Notes: generated by a model not told the origin, from the sequence alone. 64,000 nucleotides of DNA from Verrucomicrobiales bacterium (GCA_047638715.1 JBLIMK010000001.1:32729-96728); one strand, 5' to 3'. Positions 11,301 to 21,734 are shown, numbered from the stretch's first letter. Numbers and translations: made by a program.

Positions 11301-12937
11301 GGATCGCAAAGACACGCAATAGCACACCCGGCGTCGGCCTCATCAGTCCTCCTCCGCATCACGACATCTACTCGATCGAAGATCTCGCTCAGCTCATCTA
11401 CGACCTGAAGAGTGCAAACCCAGTCGCACGAGTGCACGTGAAGTTGGTGAGCGAGCTCGGTGTTGGCACCGTGGCAGCTGGTGTCTCCAAAGCACACGCG
11501 GATGTGGTGCTGATCTCGGGGCACGACGGAGGCACGGGCGCTTCGCCGCTCACCTCGGTCAAACACGCCGGCGCTCCATGGGAGCTCGGACTTGCCGAAA
11601 CTCAGCAGACGTTGCTGATGAACGGCTTACGCGACCGGATTGTTGTTCAGGTCGACGGCCAGCTAAAGACCGGTCGTGACGTGATGATCGCTGCGCTCCT
11701 CGGAGCTGACGAGTTTGGCTTCGCGACAGCGCCGCTGGTCGTGATGGGCTGCGTGATGATGCGTGTTTGTCATCTCAACACCTGCCCCGTCGGCGTAGCA
11801 ACGCAAGATCCCGAGCTACGAAAGAAGTTCTCTGGCACGCCAGAGTTCGTCGTTAACTTCTTCGAGTTCATCGCCGAGGAAGTCCGAGAGCTCTTGGCCG
11901 AACTCGGGTTCCGTTCGCTCGAAGAGGCGATCGGCCAAGCGGAATCGCTCGATACGACCGCCGCTGTGGACCACTGGAAGGCAGACGGTCTCGACCTCTC
12001 TCCAATTCTTTATGTGCCGCCGCTCCTAGACGGCGAGGTACGGAGAAACACCGGCGGACAGAACCACAAACTCGACGAGGCCCTCGATGCCCGGCTGCTC
12101 CCCGAGGTTGCGCCAGCAATCAATGGCGGGGCTCCGGTGCGGATTTCAACGGAGATTCGTAACGTCAACCGTAGCGTCGGCACGCAGCTCGGCTATCACC
12201 TCACGAAGAGGCACGGTGCAGCTGGCCTACCCAATGACTCGATCATCATCGAGGCCACAGGCTCGGCTGGCAACAGCTTTGGTGCGTTCGTTCCCAAAGG
12301 AATCACCCTTCGGCTCGTTGGCGATGCAAACGATTTTGTCGGCAAGGGGCTCTCGGGCGGGAGGATCACTGTTCGACCACCCGGCGAGATGGCCTGCGTC
12401 GCCGAAGAGAATGTGATCGCTGGCAACGTCATTGGTTACGGCGCCACCGCTGGCGAGCTTTACCTGCGGGGACTCGTCGGCGAGAGGTTCTGCGTCCGCA
12501 ACTCGGGAGCTACCGCTGTCGTGGAAGGTGTTGGCGATCACGGCTGTGAATACATGACCGGCGGCGTTGCAGTCATCCTCGGCCCAACGGGGCGGAACTT
12601 CGCTGCGGGTATGTCGGGCGGCGAGGCGTTTGTGTACGACGAAGAAGGCGTGTTCGAATCTCTAGTGAATACTGAGATGGTCGACCTGGACCCGCTCGAT
12701 GACGATGACGAAACCCGGGTTGCGGCGCTCATCGACACCCATGTGGCAGAGACCGGTTCCGACGTCGGCATTCGAATTCTGGCCGACTGGGATTCCGCTC
12801 GATCGTCATTCGTAAAGGTGATGCCTCGCGATTTCAAGCGAGTGCTCGTCGCTGCAGCCGAAGCACGAGCTGCTGGCACGGACGAGATGGAAGCAATCAT
12901 GGCATCAGCCAAGAGACGAGGAGCACGCCATGGGTGA
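8321..12937 (+). CDS. gltB: Glutamate synthase large subunit
   Basis: 1538 aa. N-terminal amidotransferase Cys ([10 protein letters not shown]), an FMN/Fe-S central domain ([30 protein letters not shown]) and a C-terminal GXGXG beta-helix domain. Confidence 0.97.
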   Translation: MTIGLPPRQGLYDPANEHDACGLNFVCDMKGRASHRIVQHALGALCALEHRGAAGADPDVGDGAGILTQLPDAFLREVVGFDLPDAGRYATGIAFLPQDPQIAAAAKAEIQRIAVEEGLVVLGWRDVPVDPDVIGAGARVTMPSFSQPFFTHSTGTLSGIDLDRVIYIARKRFEHEIHLEAGADEVNEAMGGASSMHDGVYFPSLSTRTIVYKGMLTTPQLGAFYPDLRDPRFASAIALVHSRFSTNTFPSWPLAHPYRLVAHNGEINTIKGNRNWMQARQSALSSELFGDRLESAFPICTPGASDTAGFDECLELLTLSGYSVPEAILMMIPEPWENHASMSEDRRAFYEYFSTLMEPWDGPASVSFTDGTVVGAVLDRNGLRPSRYWVTSDDLVIMASEVGVVDIDPSTIIEKGRLEPGRIFFIDTEQGRILRDDEIKAAVSAKRPYADLVSAGVTKLGDLPVQSNDRGSEGTLETQQIAFGYTHEDLKMLVAPMVATGKEALGSMGTDTPIAALSQRARLLPDYFQQLFAQVTNPPLDAIREELVTAVGTTIGPRGNLLAPGSSAIRQIHIDHPVLSPDEFARLLPTEDPASGLTSVILDIVFPSTSGAVGLATALDGLRKAADRAITNGAGILILSDRVVSPSLAPIPALLATATVHHHLVANGTRGRADIVVETGEAREVHHVATLLGFGARAVHPYVAFDTIIEMARSGQHGLDLSAADAQENYIKAFDKGLLKVMSKMGISTVASYTGAQIFEAIGLSSELLEEYFGGMVSRLGGVGLDILVQEVLDRHDRAFPANSTHRAHRSLEAGGEYQWRREGEFHLFNPDTVFKLQHATRDRRFDIFREYTGSVNDHARNLSTLRGLFAFKDGVRRAIALDEVESVSDIVKRFSTGAMSYGSISAEAHETLAIAMNRLGAKSNTGEGGEDDERFDPMANGDSKRSAIKQVASGRFGVTSNYLVNADDLQIKMAQGAKPGEGGQLPGHKVYPWIAKTRNSTPGVGLISPPPHHDIYSIEDLAQLIYDLKSANPVARVHVKLVSELGVGTVAAGVSKAHADVVLISGHDGGTGASPLTSVKHAGAPWELGLAETQQTLLMNGLRDRIVVQVDGQLKTGRDVMIAALLGADEFGFATAPLVVMGCVMMRVCHLNTCPVGVATQDPELRKKFSGTPEFVVNFFEFIAEEVRELLAELGFRSLEEAIGQAESLDTTAAVDHWKADGLDLSPILYVPPLLDGEVRRNTGGQNHKLDEALDARLLPEVAPAINGGAPVRISTEIRNVNRSVGTQLGYHLTKRHGAAGLPNDSIIIEATGSAGNSFGAFVPKGITLRLVGDANDFVGKGLSGGRITVRPPGEMACVAEENVIAGNVIGYGATAGELYLRGLVGERFCVRNSGATAVVEGVGDHGCEYMTGGVAVILGPTGRNFAAGMSGGEAFVYDEEGVFESLVNTEMVDLDPLDDDDETRVAALIDTHVAETGSDVGIRILADWDSARSSFVKVMPRDFKRVLVAAAEARAAGTDEMEAIMASAKRRGARHG

Positions 12938-14411
12938 CCCGTATGGATTCATGGAACACGACCGTCGGACGCCCTCGATGCGCCCAGTACCGGTTCGTAT
13001 TCTTGACTGGAAAGAAGTTTATGAACCGTTTCCCGACGGCGAGCTAAAGGAGCAGGCGTCTCGATGTATGGACTGCGGGATTCCGTTTTGCAACAGTGGT
13101 TGCCCGCTGGGAAACCTGATTCCGGACTGGAACGACCTCGTCTATCGAGACGACTGGCAGGCAGCGTCAGAGCGTCTTCATGCCACGAACAATTTTCCCG
13201 AGTTCACCGGCCGCCTGTGCCCCGCTCCGTGTGAGGGTTCGTGCGTACTTGGGATTCACGAACCGCCGGTCACGATCAAGCAGGTCGAGATCGAGATCAT
13301 CGAACGGGCCTTCGCCGAAGGCTGGGTTGCGCCGGTGATCGCGTCGGTCAAAACGGGGAAATCGATCGCGGTCGTGGGCTCGGGGCCGGCTGGCCTCGCC
13401 GTTGCCCAGCAACTCACACGCGCAGGACACGACGTCACGGTGTTCGAGCGTGCCCCACGAATTGGTGGGCTTCTACGTTACGGCATCCCTGAATTCAAGA
13501 TGGAAAAGCGATTCATCGATCGTCGTCTGGAGCAGATGGAGGCGGAGGGAACCGTCTTTCGAACCGGGGTAAACGTAGGTGTTGATGAAACAGCCCAAGA
13601 CCTCAGTTCTCGGTTCGATGCAATAGTGCTCGCGGCCGGCTCGACACAATGGCGCGATCTGCCAATTCCTGGACGCGACGCAACTGGCATCAAACAGGCC
13701 ATGGAATTTCTGCCGCCATCGAATGCGGTGCAACTCGGAGACCTCGATGAACATCCGTTCTCAGCCGAGGGCAAGGACGTCATTATCATCGGGGGCGGCG
13801 ACACCGGCGCTGACTGCCTGGGCACGGTGCTCCGACATGGAGCGAAATCTGTTCATCAGTTCGAAATCATGCCCGAGCCTCCTTCGGAGCGCTCAAATGG
13901 CAACCCATGGCCAGCGTGGCCCTTGATCCTGCGGACGCCATCGGCGCATCTCGAAGCGATCGAGCTCGAAGGTAGCGACGTACGCGAATATGCGATCAAT
14001 ACCCTCGAGTTTGTTGCCGATTCGGATGGGAACGTCGAGTCACTTTCTACGGTGCGCGTCGAGTCTCAGGTCATCGACGGGCGCCCTACCTTTGTGCCCG
14101 TAGATGGCAGTGAAGAGTCATTTCCGGCTCAGATGGTGCTTTTGGCTATGGGATTCACCGGACCCGAACGATCACCTCTTTTGGAGGGTCTGGGCGTTGA
14201 TCTGACCGATCGCGGAAACGTCGACCGGGACAATAACTACTCAACGAACGTCGATGATGTCTTCGTTTGTGGCGATATGGGACGAGGCCAGTCGCTGATC
14301 GTCTGGGCGATCGCCGAAGGGCGTGCATGCGCTGCTGCGGTCGACGAAGCATTGATGGGGACTTCGGCGCTGCCGCGCCCTGTCGCTCCCACGGATATGC
14401 CCTTGCGCTGA
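12930..14411 (+). CDS. gltD: Glutamate synthase small subunit (NADPH-dependent)
   Basis: Motifs [23 protein letters not shown] and CPAPCEGSC (Fe-S) plus the dinucleotide fold [17 protein letters not shown]. It overlaps the gltB stop by 8 nt. Confidence 0.95.
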   Translation: MGDPYGFMEHDRRTPSMRPVPVRILDWKEVYEPFPDGELKEQASRCMDCGIPFCNSGCPLGNLIPDWNDLVYRDDWQAASERLHATNNFPEFTGRLCPAPCEGSCVLGIHEPPVTIKQVEIEIIERAFAEGWVAPVIASVKTGKSIAVVGSGPAGLAVAQQLTRAGHDVTVFERAPRIGGLLRYGIPEFKMEKRFIDRRLEQMEAEGTVFRTGVNVGVDETAQDLSSRFDAIVLAAGSTQWRDLPIPGRDATGIKQAMEFLPPSNAVQLGDLDEHPFSAEGKDVIIIGGGDTGADCLGTVLRHGAKSVHQFEIMPEPPSERSNGNPWPAWPLILRTPSAHLEAIELEGSDVREYAINTLEFVADSDGNVESLSTVRVESQVIDGRPTFVPVDGSEESFPAQMVLLAMGFTGPERSPLLEGLGVDLTDRGNVDRDNNYSTNVDDVFVCGDMGRGQSLIVWAIAEGRACAAAVDEALMGTSALPRPVAPTDMPLR

Positions 14412-14508
14412 CGTCCTTCTTCAACGTTGGAAGTCGTCTGTTGCCGCTCAATTGTTCAGCTGTGGTTCCGATAGGTCGAAGTACGAAACGACGTCCGTCG
14501 AGGGAACC

Positions 14509-17070
14509 ATGCTGAACAAATTGTCACTCGGAAGGAAGCTGGCGCTAATCGTGCTGGTGCCGTTCCTGTTGTTTCTCGCCTTCGCTGTGCCGCGAATCCT
14601 CGATGATCGAAGCGACTCATCGGATGCATCGGATACCCAGGCGCGGGCAACCGTGTCCGCTCTGACCTGGCAAGTTTTCGACACCGTTCGCCATGAGGCG
14701 GTCGTCAACCAGGTCGCGGTCGGCGTGCAGGGCGTTGATGGAGAGCTCTCCGCCGCCCGAGAGGCCACCGACGGAGCGATAACGAATTGGCTCAACGGGG
14801 TAGGCGGTCTCGCCATTCTTGATGAGAATACCCTCGCCTCAAGATTGCAAGACTTCGATGGTCACCGGCTTGAGATAAGCGGGCGCGATGCTCAAACGAA
14901 TTTCGAGGCCGATGTGGTCGTCTTGCGCGAGATTGAACTGTTCGATGGGCTTTTGAGCAACGGCGCAAAGAGCGATGCCGTCGAGCTTCGCAACGCGGCC
15001 GACCTGACCACGGTCTCGAGCGCTGCCGCTGAGCTTCATCTTCTGGGTATGTGGGCTATCTACGAGCAAGAGGTTCCAGCGCAATTGCCTTTGGCGCTAG
15101 GCGCTGCGCGAGGCGCAGCAGACGCATACTCACTTCGAAACGCCCAAGAACTTCCCTTCCAGGATGCATCGTACACGGCGCTTTTGCAGGAACTTTCCGC
15201 CCTGAGCGCAGGTGACTCGGTCGAGTTCACGGCGAACGATTGGAACGGTGCCAACGAGGCCCGAGCAGTGCAGCTCGGCGCTGCTCACAACGCACAAGTC
15301 GAAGCTGCGAGCACCGCGGCGCTGGCAGCGGAAAATGATGCATCGGGAGCCTTTCGCAATGGAGCCCTTCTCGTTCTCGGAGCGCTGCTTGTCGGCGCGC
15401 TACTCGCCCTCGCTGTCGCCAAGGCGATCCGAGCCTCGCTTCACAAGCTTCGTGACGAGGCGTCCAACGTTGCCAATAGCGACCTACCGCGGGTCGCTGA
15501 AGCGTTGACCAACGGCGTCCCAATGGCGGACATCAGCACCGATCGTGAAGTGCTCAAGGTAACGAACGATGAGTTCGGCGAAGTGGCGGCGAGCTTGGCC
15601 GCTGTTCGAGAGAGCGCCTCGGGAGTCGGCGAACGAGTCGCAGTTCTCCAGAGTGGGATCGCCGACACATTCGTCAACCTCGCCCGTCGAAACCAGTCCC
15701 TGGTCGATCGACAGCTCGAAGCAATCGACACGCTCGAAGCCGAGGAACGCGACTCGGACCGGCTTGCGCTCATGTATCGAGTTGATCACCTGGCAACACG
15801 TATGCGTCGAAATGCCGAGAGCCTTCTCGTACTCGCGGATGCAAAGACGCCGGAGCGCCACAGTGGCGCTATTGAACTTCGCGAGGTTCTCCGTGTTGCG
15901 ATCGGAGAGGTCGAGGACTATCGACGCATCATTCCTATCGCTTTGGATAATCTTCATGTCGCCGGCCACAAGGCGCAAGACCTGGCCCACCTTCTCGCGG
16001 AACTGATGGAGAATGCCGCTCAGCATTCACCTCCGGGCACGGCGGTCGATGTCTCTGGTGTACTCGACCGAATGAGCGGAAGTTACGTCGTCACGATTCT
16101 CGATCACGGAACGGGCCTTGACGCAGCACAGCTCGCACAGCTGAACGAACTGCTCGAGCGACCTCCGACATCAACGATGACGATCTCGTATTCGATCGGT
16201 CTTCAGGTGGTCAGCCGACTTGCCCACGCTCTCGGTGTTCACGTCGCGTTGAGTCCTGCAAACAATGCAGGTCTTGTTGCCTCCGTCGTCGTTCCGGCCA
16301 CAATCGTTTCTGAATGGTCCCAGGTACTGGGAGTGGCTTCGCCCAAGGCGAGCCCCGTTCCTGTGTCGCCAGTCGTTGCCAACGCTTCTCTGGCCTTCGA
16401 TTCCTTGGAAGCAGACGGCCTCGTCGAGATGCCGGTCCCGGACGCGATTCCGAGGATAGACATCCCTGCGCTCGACCTCGCGTCCTTCGGGACCTTCCCC
16501 GGAGAATCGATTGAAACATCGGCACCCGCCTTCGAAGCTTCTCGTGTCGACAGCCCGTTCGAATCTCCGCCGTTCGATTCTCCCGAGATCGCCCCACTCG
16601 CTGAGAACGCGCCGGTCTTACAGACCCCGATCGATCCGTTTACAGAAGTGTCAGGCGGCCTTGCGTCAGAGCCCGGCCCGCCTTTCGAGCCCGAGTCATT
16701 GGTTTTCGACCCTCAGGACGTGCCGGTTGTAAGCGCACCGGCTCCTACGCCAGCTCCAGTTGCCGTGGTTCCTGAGCCGATGCCTGTGTATGCGCCAGCT
16801 CCGATGCCTGCGCCTATGCCTGCGTATGCGCCAGCTCCGATGCCTGCACCAGCTCCAGTAGCCGAGATGCTCCCACCCACGCCGAAAGTGACGCCTAGCG
16901 GACTCACTCGACGGACGAGGACAACAACGACAGTCGCGCCCGTTGACCTAGAAGCGGATCGCACTGCTCCTTCGCAACGAACTCCTGATCAGGTGAAGAA
17001 CATGTTGTCCCGATACAAGACAGGACTTGAGCGGGGCCGCGGCTCTGAGGGAACGGATGGTGAGTCATGA
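14509..17070 (+). CDS. cvnA: Conservon-type membrane sensor ATPase (CvnA-like; N-terminal sensing domain, HAMP, HATPase_c, Pro/Ala-rich tail)
   Basis: N-terminal TM segment (LALIVLVPFLLFLAF), a second TM plus HAMP-like linker, and an ATPase box LLAELMENAAQHSPPGTAVDV...ILDHGTGL. The H-box position reads FVNLARRNQSLVDRQLE with no phospho-acceptor His. It heads a roadblock/DUF742/GTPase operon. The start at 14509 (MLNKLSLGRK) is preferred over 14452. Confidence 0.8.
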   Translation: MLNKLSLGRKLALIVLVPFLLFLAFAVPRILDDRSDSSDASDTQARATVSALTWQVFDTVRHEAVVNQVAVGVQGVDGELSAAREATDGAITNWLNGVGGLAILDENTLASRLQDFDGHRLEISGRDAQTNFEADVVVLREIELFDGLLSNGAKSDAVELRNAADLTTVSSAAAELHLLGMWAIYEQEVPAQLPLALGAARGAADAYSLRNAQELPFQDASYTALLQELSALSAGDSVEFTANDWNGANEARAVQLGAAHNAQVEAASTAALAAENDASGAFRNGALLVLGALLVGALLALAVAKAIRASLHKLRDEASNVANSDLPRVAEALTNGVPMADISTDREVLKVTNDEFGEVAASLAAVRESASGVGERVAVLQSGIADTFVNLARRNQSLVDRQLEAIDTLEAEERDSDRLALMYRVDHLATRMRRNAESLLVLADAKTPERHSGAIELREVLRVAIGEVEDYRRIIPIALDNLHVAGHKAQDLAHLLAELMENAAQHSPPGTAVDVSGVLDRMSGSYVVTILDHGTGLDAAQLAQLNELLERPPTSTMTISYSIGLQVVSRLAHALGVHVALSPANNAGLVASVVVPATIVSEWSQVLGVASPKASPVPVSPVVANASLAFDSLEADGLVEMPVPDAIPRIDIPALDLASFGTFPGESIETSAPAFEASRVDSPFESPPFDSPEIAPLAENAPVLQTPIDPFTEVSGGLASEPGPPFEPESLVFDPQDVPVVSAPAPTPAPVAVVPEPMPVYAPAPMPAPMPAYAPAPMPAPAPVAEMLPPTPKVTPSGLTRRTRTTTTVAPVDLEADRTAPSQRTPDQVKNMLSRYKTGLERGRGSEGTDGES
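16780..16847 (+). repeat. Near-perfect 36-bp-period duplication encoding a PMP(V/A)YAPAPMPA repeat in the CvnA-like tail
   Basis: The 32-nt stretch ATGCCTGTGTATGCGCCAGCTCCGATGCCTGC at 16780 recurs at 16816 with one mismatch. Confidence 0.85.
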
Positions 17071-17477
17071 GTCAGATCGAAGATGTCAGCTGGCTGATTT
17101 CTAGCTTTGTCGACCAAACGCCGGGCGTGGTGGAAGCCATCGCAGTCTCATCGGACGGTCTTTTGATGGCGATGTCGAGTGGCCTCGATCGAGCTGGTGG
17201 TGATCGCTTCGCTGCGGTCGCATCTGGACTAATTGGCTTGGCCTACGGCGCAGCGGGTCGATTCGGTGGCGGCAAGGTAAACGAGGTCATCGTCGAGATG
17301 GACAACGCCTTGTTGCTCGTCACCGGTATCAGCGACGGCTCAGCGCTTGGTGTCGTCGCAGACGCCAACTGCGACATTGGTTTTGTTGGTTATGAAATGG
17401 CCGTCTTGGTGGAGAAGGCTGGACGCGTTCTTACCCCAGAACTTCGAGCACAGCTTGTGAGCTCACTTCCACGATGA
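17067..17477 (+). CDS. cvnB: Roadblock/LC7 (MglB-like) domain protein, CvnB-like
   Basis: 136 aa with a typical roadblock pattern (VVEAIAVSSDGLLMA...ALLLVTGISDGSALGVVA). ATGA overlap with the upstream gene. Confidence 0.8.
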   Translation: MSQIEDVSWLISSFVDQTPGVVEAIAVSSDGLLMAMSSGLDRAGGDRFAAVASGLIGLAYGAAGRFGGGKVNEVIVEMDNALLLVTGISDGSALGVVADANCDIGFVGYEMAVLVEKAGRVLTPELRAQLVSSLPR

Positions 17478-17848
17478 CCGCGTACGACATGAGCCAGGAA
17501 CAGAGCAATGGGCCGCCGCGTCCTCGCCTCCGCGTGCCGCCTTACGCAGTCACCGGAGGACGGACCAGAGTCGACGTCGACATACCGTTCGAAGCACTGG
17601 TTCGAACGACGACCCGTGGCCGCGAGAATATGCGGCTGGTCGCGTTCGAGCGACGCGACATTCTGGAGCTCGCGGAGAATCCGATCGCGGTTGCAGAACT
17701 GTCCGCCCGTCTTCGCCTTCCGATCGGGGCCATTCGTGTCCTCGTTGGCGATTTGAGTGTCGAGGGCCACGTACAAACGAAGGCAATGACGGTCAAAGCT
17801 GACACCGCCCTGTTGGAAAGGGTCCGCGATGGTCTCCGTCGACTCTAG
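17474..17848 (+). CDS. cvnC: DUF742-type protein, CvnC-like
   Basis: 124 aa. Motif RPYAVTGGRTR followed by a wHTH-like segment ELAENPIAVAELSARLRLPIGAIRVLVGDL. ATGA overlap with the roadblock gene. Confidence 0.75.
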   Translation: MTAYDMSQEQSNGPPRPRLRVPPYAVTGGRTRVDVDIPFEALVRTTTRGRENMRLVAFERRDILELAENPIAVAELSARLRLPIGAIRVLVGDLSVEGHVQTKAMTVKADTALLERVRDGLRRL

Positions 17849-18428
17849 TTTTCACTCGACAAGAGAGGTGGTCTCGGAGTCCGTACCACTACCGGTCAAG
17901 ATCGTGGTCGCTGGCGGTTACGCCGTCGGAAAGACGACCTTCGTCGGCTCGATCTCCGAGATCGATCCGCTGACGACCGAGGCTGCGCTGACGACGGTTA
18001 GTGCCGACGTCGACAACGAAGGCGATGCGAGCTCGAAGACGTCGACGACAGTAGCGATGGACTTCGGTCGCGTCGGTCTGGGCGACGAGCTTGTCTTGTA
18101 TCTCTTTGGAACGCCAGGTCAGGATCGATTCCGATTCATGTGGGACGAGCTCACTCGAGGCGCTATCGGTGCTGTCGTGATTCTCGACACCCGCAGGTTC
18201 GAAGATTCCTTCGGCGCGGTCGAATATTTCGAACGAGCCCAAGTTCCGTTCGTCGTTGCGGTCAATGAATTCCACGGCGAGCTTCATCACAGCGTCGAGG
18301 AAGTGCGGCAGGGTCTGGATCTTGGACCCGATATCCCTGTGGTCGCTACCGACGCACGGGACCGGGAACGCACGAAGGCAACCTTGCTCGAACTCGTGGA
18401 ACATGCGCTGGTTAAAGCGAAGTTCTAA
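17829..18428 (+). CDS. cvnD: Small Ras-like GTP-binding protein, CvnD-like
   Basis: P-loop VVAGGYAVGKTTF, G3 motif LFGTPGQDRF, and NEFH in the NKxD position. 199 aa. It is the fourth gene of the conservon arrangement. Confidence 0.85.
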   Translation: MVSVDSSFHSTREVVSESVPLPVKIVVAGGYAVGKTTFVGSISEIDPLTTEAALTTVSADVDNEGDASSKTSTTVAMDFGRVGLGDELVLYLFGTPGQDRFRFMWDELTRGAIGAVVILDTRRFEDSFGAVEYFERAQVPFVVAVNEFHGELHHSVEEVRQGLDLGPDIPVVATDARDRERTKATLLELVEHALVKAKF

Positions 18429-18685
18429 ACATTCCCGTCTTCGATGCCATTGAGCACCGGTCGAATCTTTACCAGATACCAAATAGCTGCCGGCAGTCCC
18501 AACGGGATCAGGGCCACGCCGAGCAAGAGTCCCGCGAGCCACCAGATCTGAGTGCGCGATGACATCGCCCACGCCCACTGCGGCACGGAGGCCGCGTGAA
18601 GGAACGCCAGCAGGACGACGCCGATAGGAATCCCGGCGATGGCTATCCAGAACGCCGTGCCGACGAACGCCGAGAATCCGTCCAT
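18425..18685 (-). CDS. Small integral membrane protein (two TM segments; PLDc_N-like pattern)
   Basis: Hydrophobic segments FWIAIAGIPIGVVLLAFL and IWWLAGLLLGVALIPLGLPAAIWYLV. The start is uncertain: 18685, 18718 and 18754 are all in frame. Confidence 0.5.
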   Translation of the reverse strand: MDGFSAFVGTAFWIAIAGIPIGVVLLAFLHAASVPQWAWAMSSRTQIWWLAGLLLGVALIPLGLPAAIWYLVKIRPVLNGIEDGNV

Positions 18686-18716
18686 TGCCCTGACGATACT
18701 GTGTACGCTGCGGCCC

Positions 18717-18926
18717 ATGACGTCCGAGCCCGACCTCGATACTGTCCTCGCCAATTGCCCACGCTGCCACGGCGACCTCTCCGACGCCGAGTTTTACGGG
18801 GTCTGCGCGTCGTGTGCGACGAATCTCCGCGCTGTGTACGACGGTTTGCCGAGAAACGATGTTGCGTCAGCGGAGTACGAGCCCAAGATGAACGTGACCC
18901 CAAACGCGGTCGCATCGAAAGAATGA
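18717..18926 (+). CDS. Small zinc-ribbon-like hypothetical protein
   Basis: 69-aa ORF with CPRC...CASC cysteine pairs, lying divergent from the small membrane protein. No family recognised. Confidence 0.45.
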   Translation: MTSEPDLDTVLANCPRCHGDLSDAEFYGVCASCATNLRAVYDGLPRNDVASAEYEPKMNVTPNAVASKE

Positions 18927-18943
18927 CCTTCGATGAGGCGGGC

Positions 18944-19699
18944 CTAGAGGTTTAGGCCGCGCTCCTCGAACACCGCTTTGAGGACGCTCGGACGATCCGT
19001 CATGATGCCGTCGACGCCAAGATCCAGTAGCCGGTGCATCTCGTTTGGTTCATCGACCGTCCAGACGTGGACGGCGAGATCGTCGGCGTGCGCTTGTTCG
19101 ATGAAGCGCTCGGTAACGAGTCGGATGCCCTTGCACGAAGGGGGAACCTGCGCAGCATTGCCAGCGGGCCTGGGGAAGAACCGCCCATAACCTCGCAGAA
19201 CCTGCCGGGCGATCGCGATGGGTGCGAAGGAAGTGCAGATGTTCGCTGGCCCGAGCGAACGAAGCTTTGCGAGCCGACGATGGGAGAACGAACCGAAGCA
19301 GACACGATCGAATGCTTCGACCTCTCCGACGGTGCGCAGTAGCGGTTCGACAACCGCATCGGACTTTGCGTCCAGGTTGAATCGATGTCCGGGAAAAGCT
19401 GTGAGGAGATCTGACATGGTCGATAAGTGGCCAGATTCGTAGATCGGCACCTCGGCGAGCGCATCCCAGGCCCAACTAGATATTGCCCCGGTCTGGTCAC
19501 TCACCCTGTCGATAGTCTCGTCATGAAACGCAACAACCGTGCCGTCCGCTGTCAACTGCGCGTCGGTTTCAAGGTATCGAAAGCCGAGCTCGCTGGCCGC
19601 GAGGAATGATTCCATCGTGTTTTCTGGAGCCTCTCGCGCACCTCCACGGTGCGCAATGCCGATCGGCCCATCGTTCTGCAGGTATGGGTGCCGAGTCAT
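18944..19699 (-). CDS. Glycerophosphodiester phosphodiesterase family protein
   Basis: GDPD motifs IAHRGGAREAPENT, LETDAQLTADG and VHVWTVD. 251 aa. Confidence 0.85.
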   Translation of the reverse strand: MTRHPYLQNDGPIGIAHRGGAREAPENTMESFLAASELGFRYLETDAQLTADGTVVAFHDETIDRVSDQTGAISSWAWDALAEVPIYESGHLSTMSDLLTAFPGHRFNLDAKSDAVVEPLLRTVGEVEAFDRVCFGSFSHRRLAKLRSLGPANICTSFAPIAIARQVLRGYGRFFPRPAGNAAQVPPSCKGIRLVTERFIEQAHADDLAVHVWTVDEPNEMHRLLDLGVDGIMTDRPSVLKAVFEERGLNL

Positions 19700-19871
19700 C
19701 CATTAAGGGTAGCGACCAACAGTTGCACCTCACGCGGCTCGATCGGCACCTCCACACCGATCGCTTGCCGAGAACCGCCATCGCAATTTGAGATAAAGGA
19801 TGCTGCAGCCATCACAAGAAGGGCGCCCACGAAATGACTTCGACCACGCAGAGCGCACTAGCCTCCACCGA

Positions 19872-21293
19872 ATGCGTAGGACAAAGCTCGTAGCAAGTCT
19901 CGGACCCGCCACCGACGATGAGGAGGTGCTGAGGGGCATTATTCGTGCAGGCGTCGACGTCGTACGAATCAACCTCTCTCACGGTTCGGTCGACGACGGC
20001 ATGGTTCGCTACGACGCTGTGCGTAAGATCGCAGCCGAGGAGGGCCGCTATGTCGGCATCCTCGCCGATCTCCCCGGCCCAAAGGTTCGGGTCGCCAAGT
20101 TCGCGGAGGAGTCGATCTTCGAACTCGGCGACCAGGTTCGGATTCAGGCTGGCAACACCGCCTCGACGGCGAAGGTGATCGAAGTTGACTACGAGGACAT
20201 CACGACGAGTTTCATGCTTGGTGACCGCGTCGTGGTTGGTGACGGGCGAATCGTGCTCGAAGTTCTTAGCGCAGAGGCTGACAAACTCGTTGCGAAGGTT
20301 GTACACGCAGGCAAGGTCACCGGCCAGCCCGGCGTACACGTCCCTGCCGACAAGCTTTCGATGTCGACCCCGACCCGGCAAGATCTCAAACTCCTCGACG
20401 CGTTCGTCGAGGTCGGCGTTGACATGGTCGCGATCAGTTTTGTGAAATCGGCGCACGACATGCGTCGGGTCGGCACGGAGCCGCATCCTCGCGGTCCGCT
20501 CTTGGTCGCCAAGATTGAGACGCGCTCTGCGGTGGAAAATCTCGAAGGCATTATCGAGGCCTCCGGTGCGATCATGGTCGCTCGAGGTGATCTCGGCAAC
20601 GAGTTGCCCATCGAGGATCTGCCCATCACACAGAAACAGATCATCGAGCGATGTATTGCCGGTGGAAAGCCGGTCATCACCGCGACCCAGATGCTCGAGT
20701 CGATGATTACGGCGCCAGCACCCACCCGAGCCGAGGCGTCCGACGTGGCGAACGCCGTGTGGGACGGCACGAGTGCCGTGATGTTGTCGGGCGAGACCGC
20801 CGTTGGCGTCGATCCGGTGAATGTTGTGCGAACGATGGGCCGAATTGCGCGCAAGGCCGACGAAGTCTTCGATCACGAAGCCTGGGCTCGTAACGTCACG
20901 GCCCTTCGCATGACAGAGAATGGCTCGGGACGCGAGGTCACGGACGCGATGACCGTGGCATGCTGGCGGGCGGTTCGTGAGCTCGACGTCGCTGCGATCC
21001 TGTGCATCTCGGGAACCGGGTTCACGGTTCGCCAGATGGCTCGCTTTCGCCCAGAGGCTATGATTCTGGGCCTTAGCACCGATAAGAGGACACTCAATCA
21101 GCTGACGATGAGCTGGGGCACTACGCCCGTGTTCCTGCCGACTGCGGGAACCCGCGAAGAGATGATGGACGAAGCGGTCAAGATGGCAGCCGCCGAGGGT
21201 CTCGTGCGGTCCGGCGACCATGTCGCCCTTCTCGGCGGCGACGGGATCGGCGCGAAGATCACGAACAACCTACGCATCGTGGTGGTGCCGTAA
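19872..21293 (+). CDS. pyk: Pyruvate kinase
   Basis: N-terminus MRRTKLVASLGPAT matches canonical PK starts. Motifs RINLSHG, AKIETRSAVENL, MVARGDLG and TQMLESM. The ORF-track start at 19800 is probably too long. Confidence 0.93.
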   Translation: MRRTKLVASLGPATDDEEVLRGIIRAGVDVVRINLSHGSVDDGMVRYDAVRKIAAEEGRYVGILADLPGPKVRVAKFAEESIFELGDQVRIQAGNTASTAKVIEVDYEDITTSFMLGDRVVVGDGRIVLEVLSAEADKLVAKVVHAGKVTGQPGVHVPADKLSMSTPTRQDLKLLDAFVEVGVDMVAISFVKSAHDMRRVGTEPHPRGPLLVAKIETRSAVENLEGIIEASGAIMVARGDLGNELPIEDLPITQKQIIERCIAGGKPVITATQMLESMITAPAPTRAEASDVANAVWDGTSAVMLSGETAVGVDPVNVVRTMGRIARKADEVFDHEAWARNVTALRMTENGSGREVTDAMTVACWRAVRELDVAAILCISGTGFTVRQMARFRPEAMILGLSTDKRTLNQLTMSWGTTPVFLPTAGTREEMMDEAVKMAAAEGLVRSGDHVALLGGDGIGAKITNNLRIVVVP

Positions 21294-21730
21294 TGACATC
21301 CCATAACGTGAGCTTTGGCGGCTCTGGGATCCCCCAAACAGTGCTGCCCGCTGAAGATGCTGTGCGAGAAGACGGCTTGCGCGAAGCGTTGGAGTCCAAT
21401 GGTGACGATCGACGAACAGCTCTAGCAGCACTCGCCGCGTCAGCTCCACGGTCGATCTCGGCTTGGGCTGCGCTGGGCGACGCTGGGCGCGACACGATGG
21501 AGTCCTACGCGTACTACCGAATTGGCTATCACCGCGGACTCGACGCGCTTCGACAGAACGGGTGGCGCGGCAGCGGATATGTGAGGTGGGAGCACGCATC
21601 GAATCGCCCGTTCCTTCGCTGTCTCGCCGGCTTGCAACGGCTTGCTGCGGAAATTGGCGAAGACGACGAGGCCGAACGGTGCGCGCTGTTTCTTCGACAG
21701 CTCGAACCCACCTGGCCGCCGGCCGACTAG
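21293..21730 (+). CDS. DUF3151-like conserved actinobacterial protein
   Basis: 145 aa. The pattern ESYAYYRIGYHRGLDALRQNGWRGSGYVRW...NRPFLRCL is characteristic of that family. TAATG overlap with the pyk stop. Confidence 0.75.
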   Translation: MTSHNVSFGGSGIPQTVLPAEDAVREDGLREALESNGDDRRTALAALAASAPRSISAWAALGDAGRDTMESYAYYRIGYHRGLDALRQNGWRGSGYVRWEHASNRPFLRCLAGLQRLAAEIGEDDEAERCALFLRQLEPTWPPAD

Positions 21731-21734
21731 TCAC

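Noticed and set aside
18944-19699. Two GDPD-family genes in the window (18944-19699 and 59885-60628) as a possible recent duplication.
   Set aside because: The two proteins share only family motifs (HRG...ENT) and differ throughout otherwise. They are ordinary distant paralogs.
19812-21221. 469-aa ORF antisense to pyruvate kinase. Similar long antisense ORFs occur at 26275-27465 (vs mmsA), 8246-9163 (vs gltB), 40853-41908 (vs tkt), 42255-43160 (vs FIST), 44252-45190 (vs dacB), 51328-52104 (vs dop), 53533-54411 (vs prcA), 54562-55191 (vs pafA) and 62992-63915 (vs helY).
   Set aside because: Each lies fully inside a gene with unmistakable family motifs on the other strand. Their translations are Arg/His/Asp-rich with no recognisable motifs. 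Stop-poor antisense frames are the expected by-product of GC-rich codon usage.
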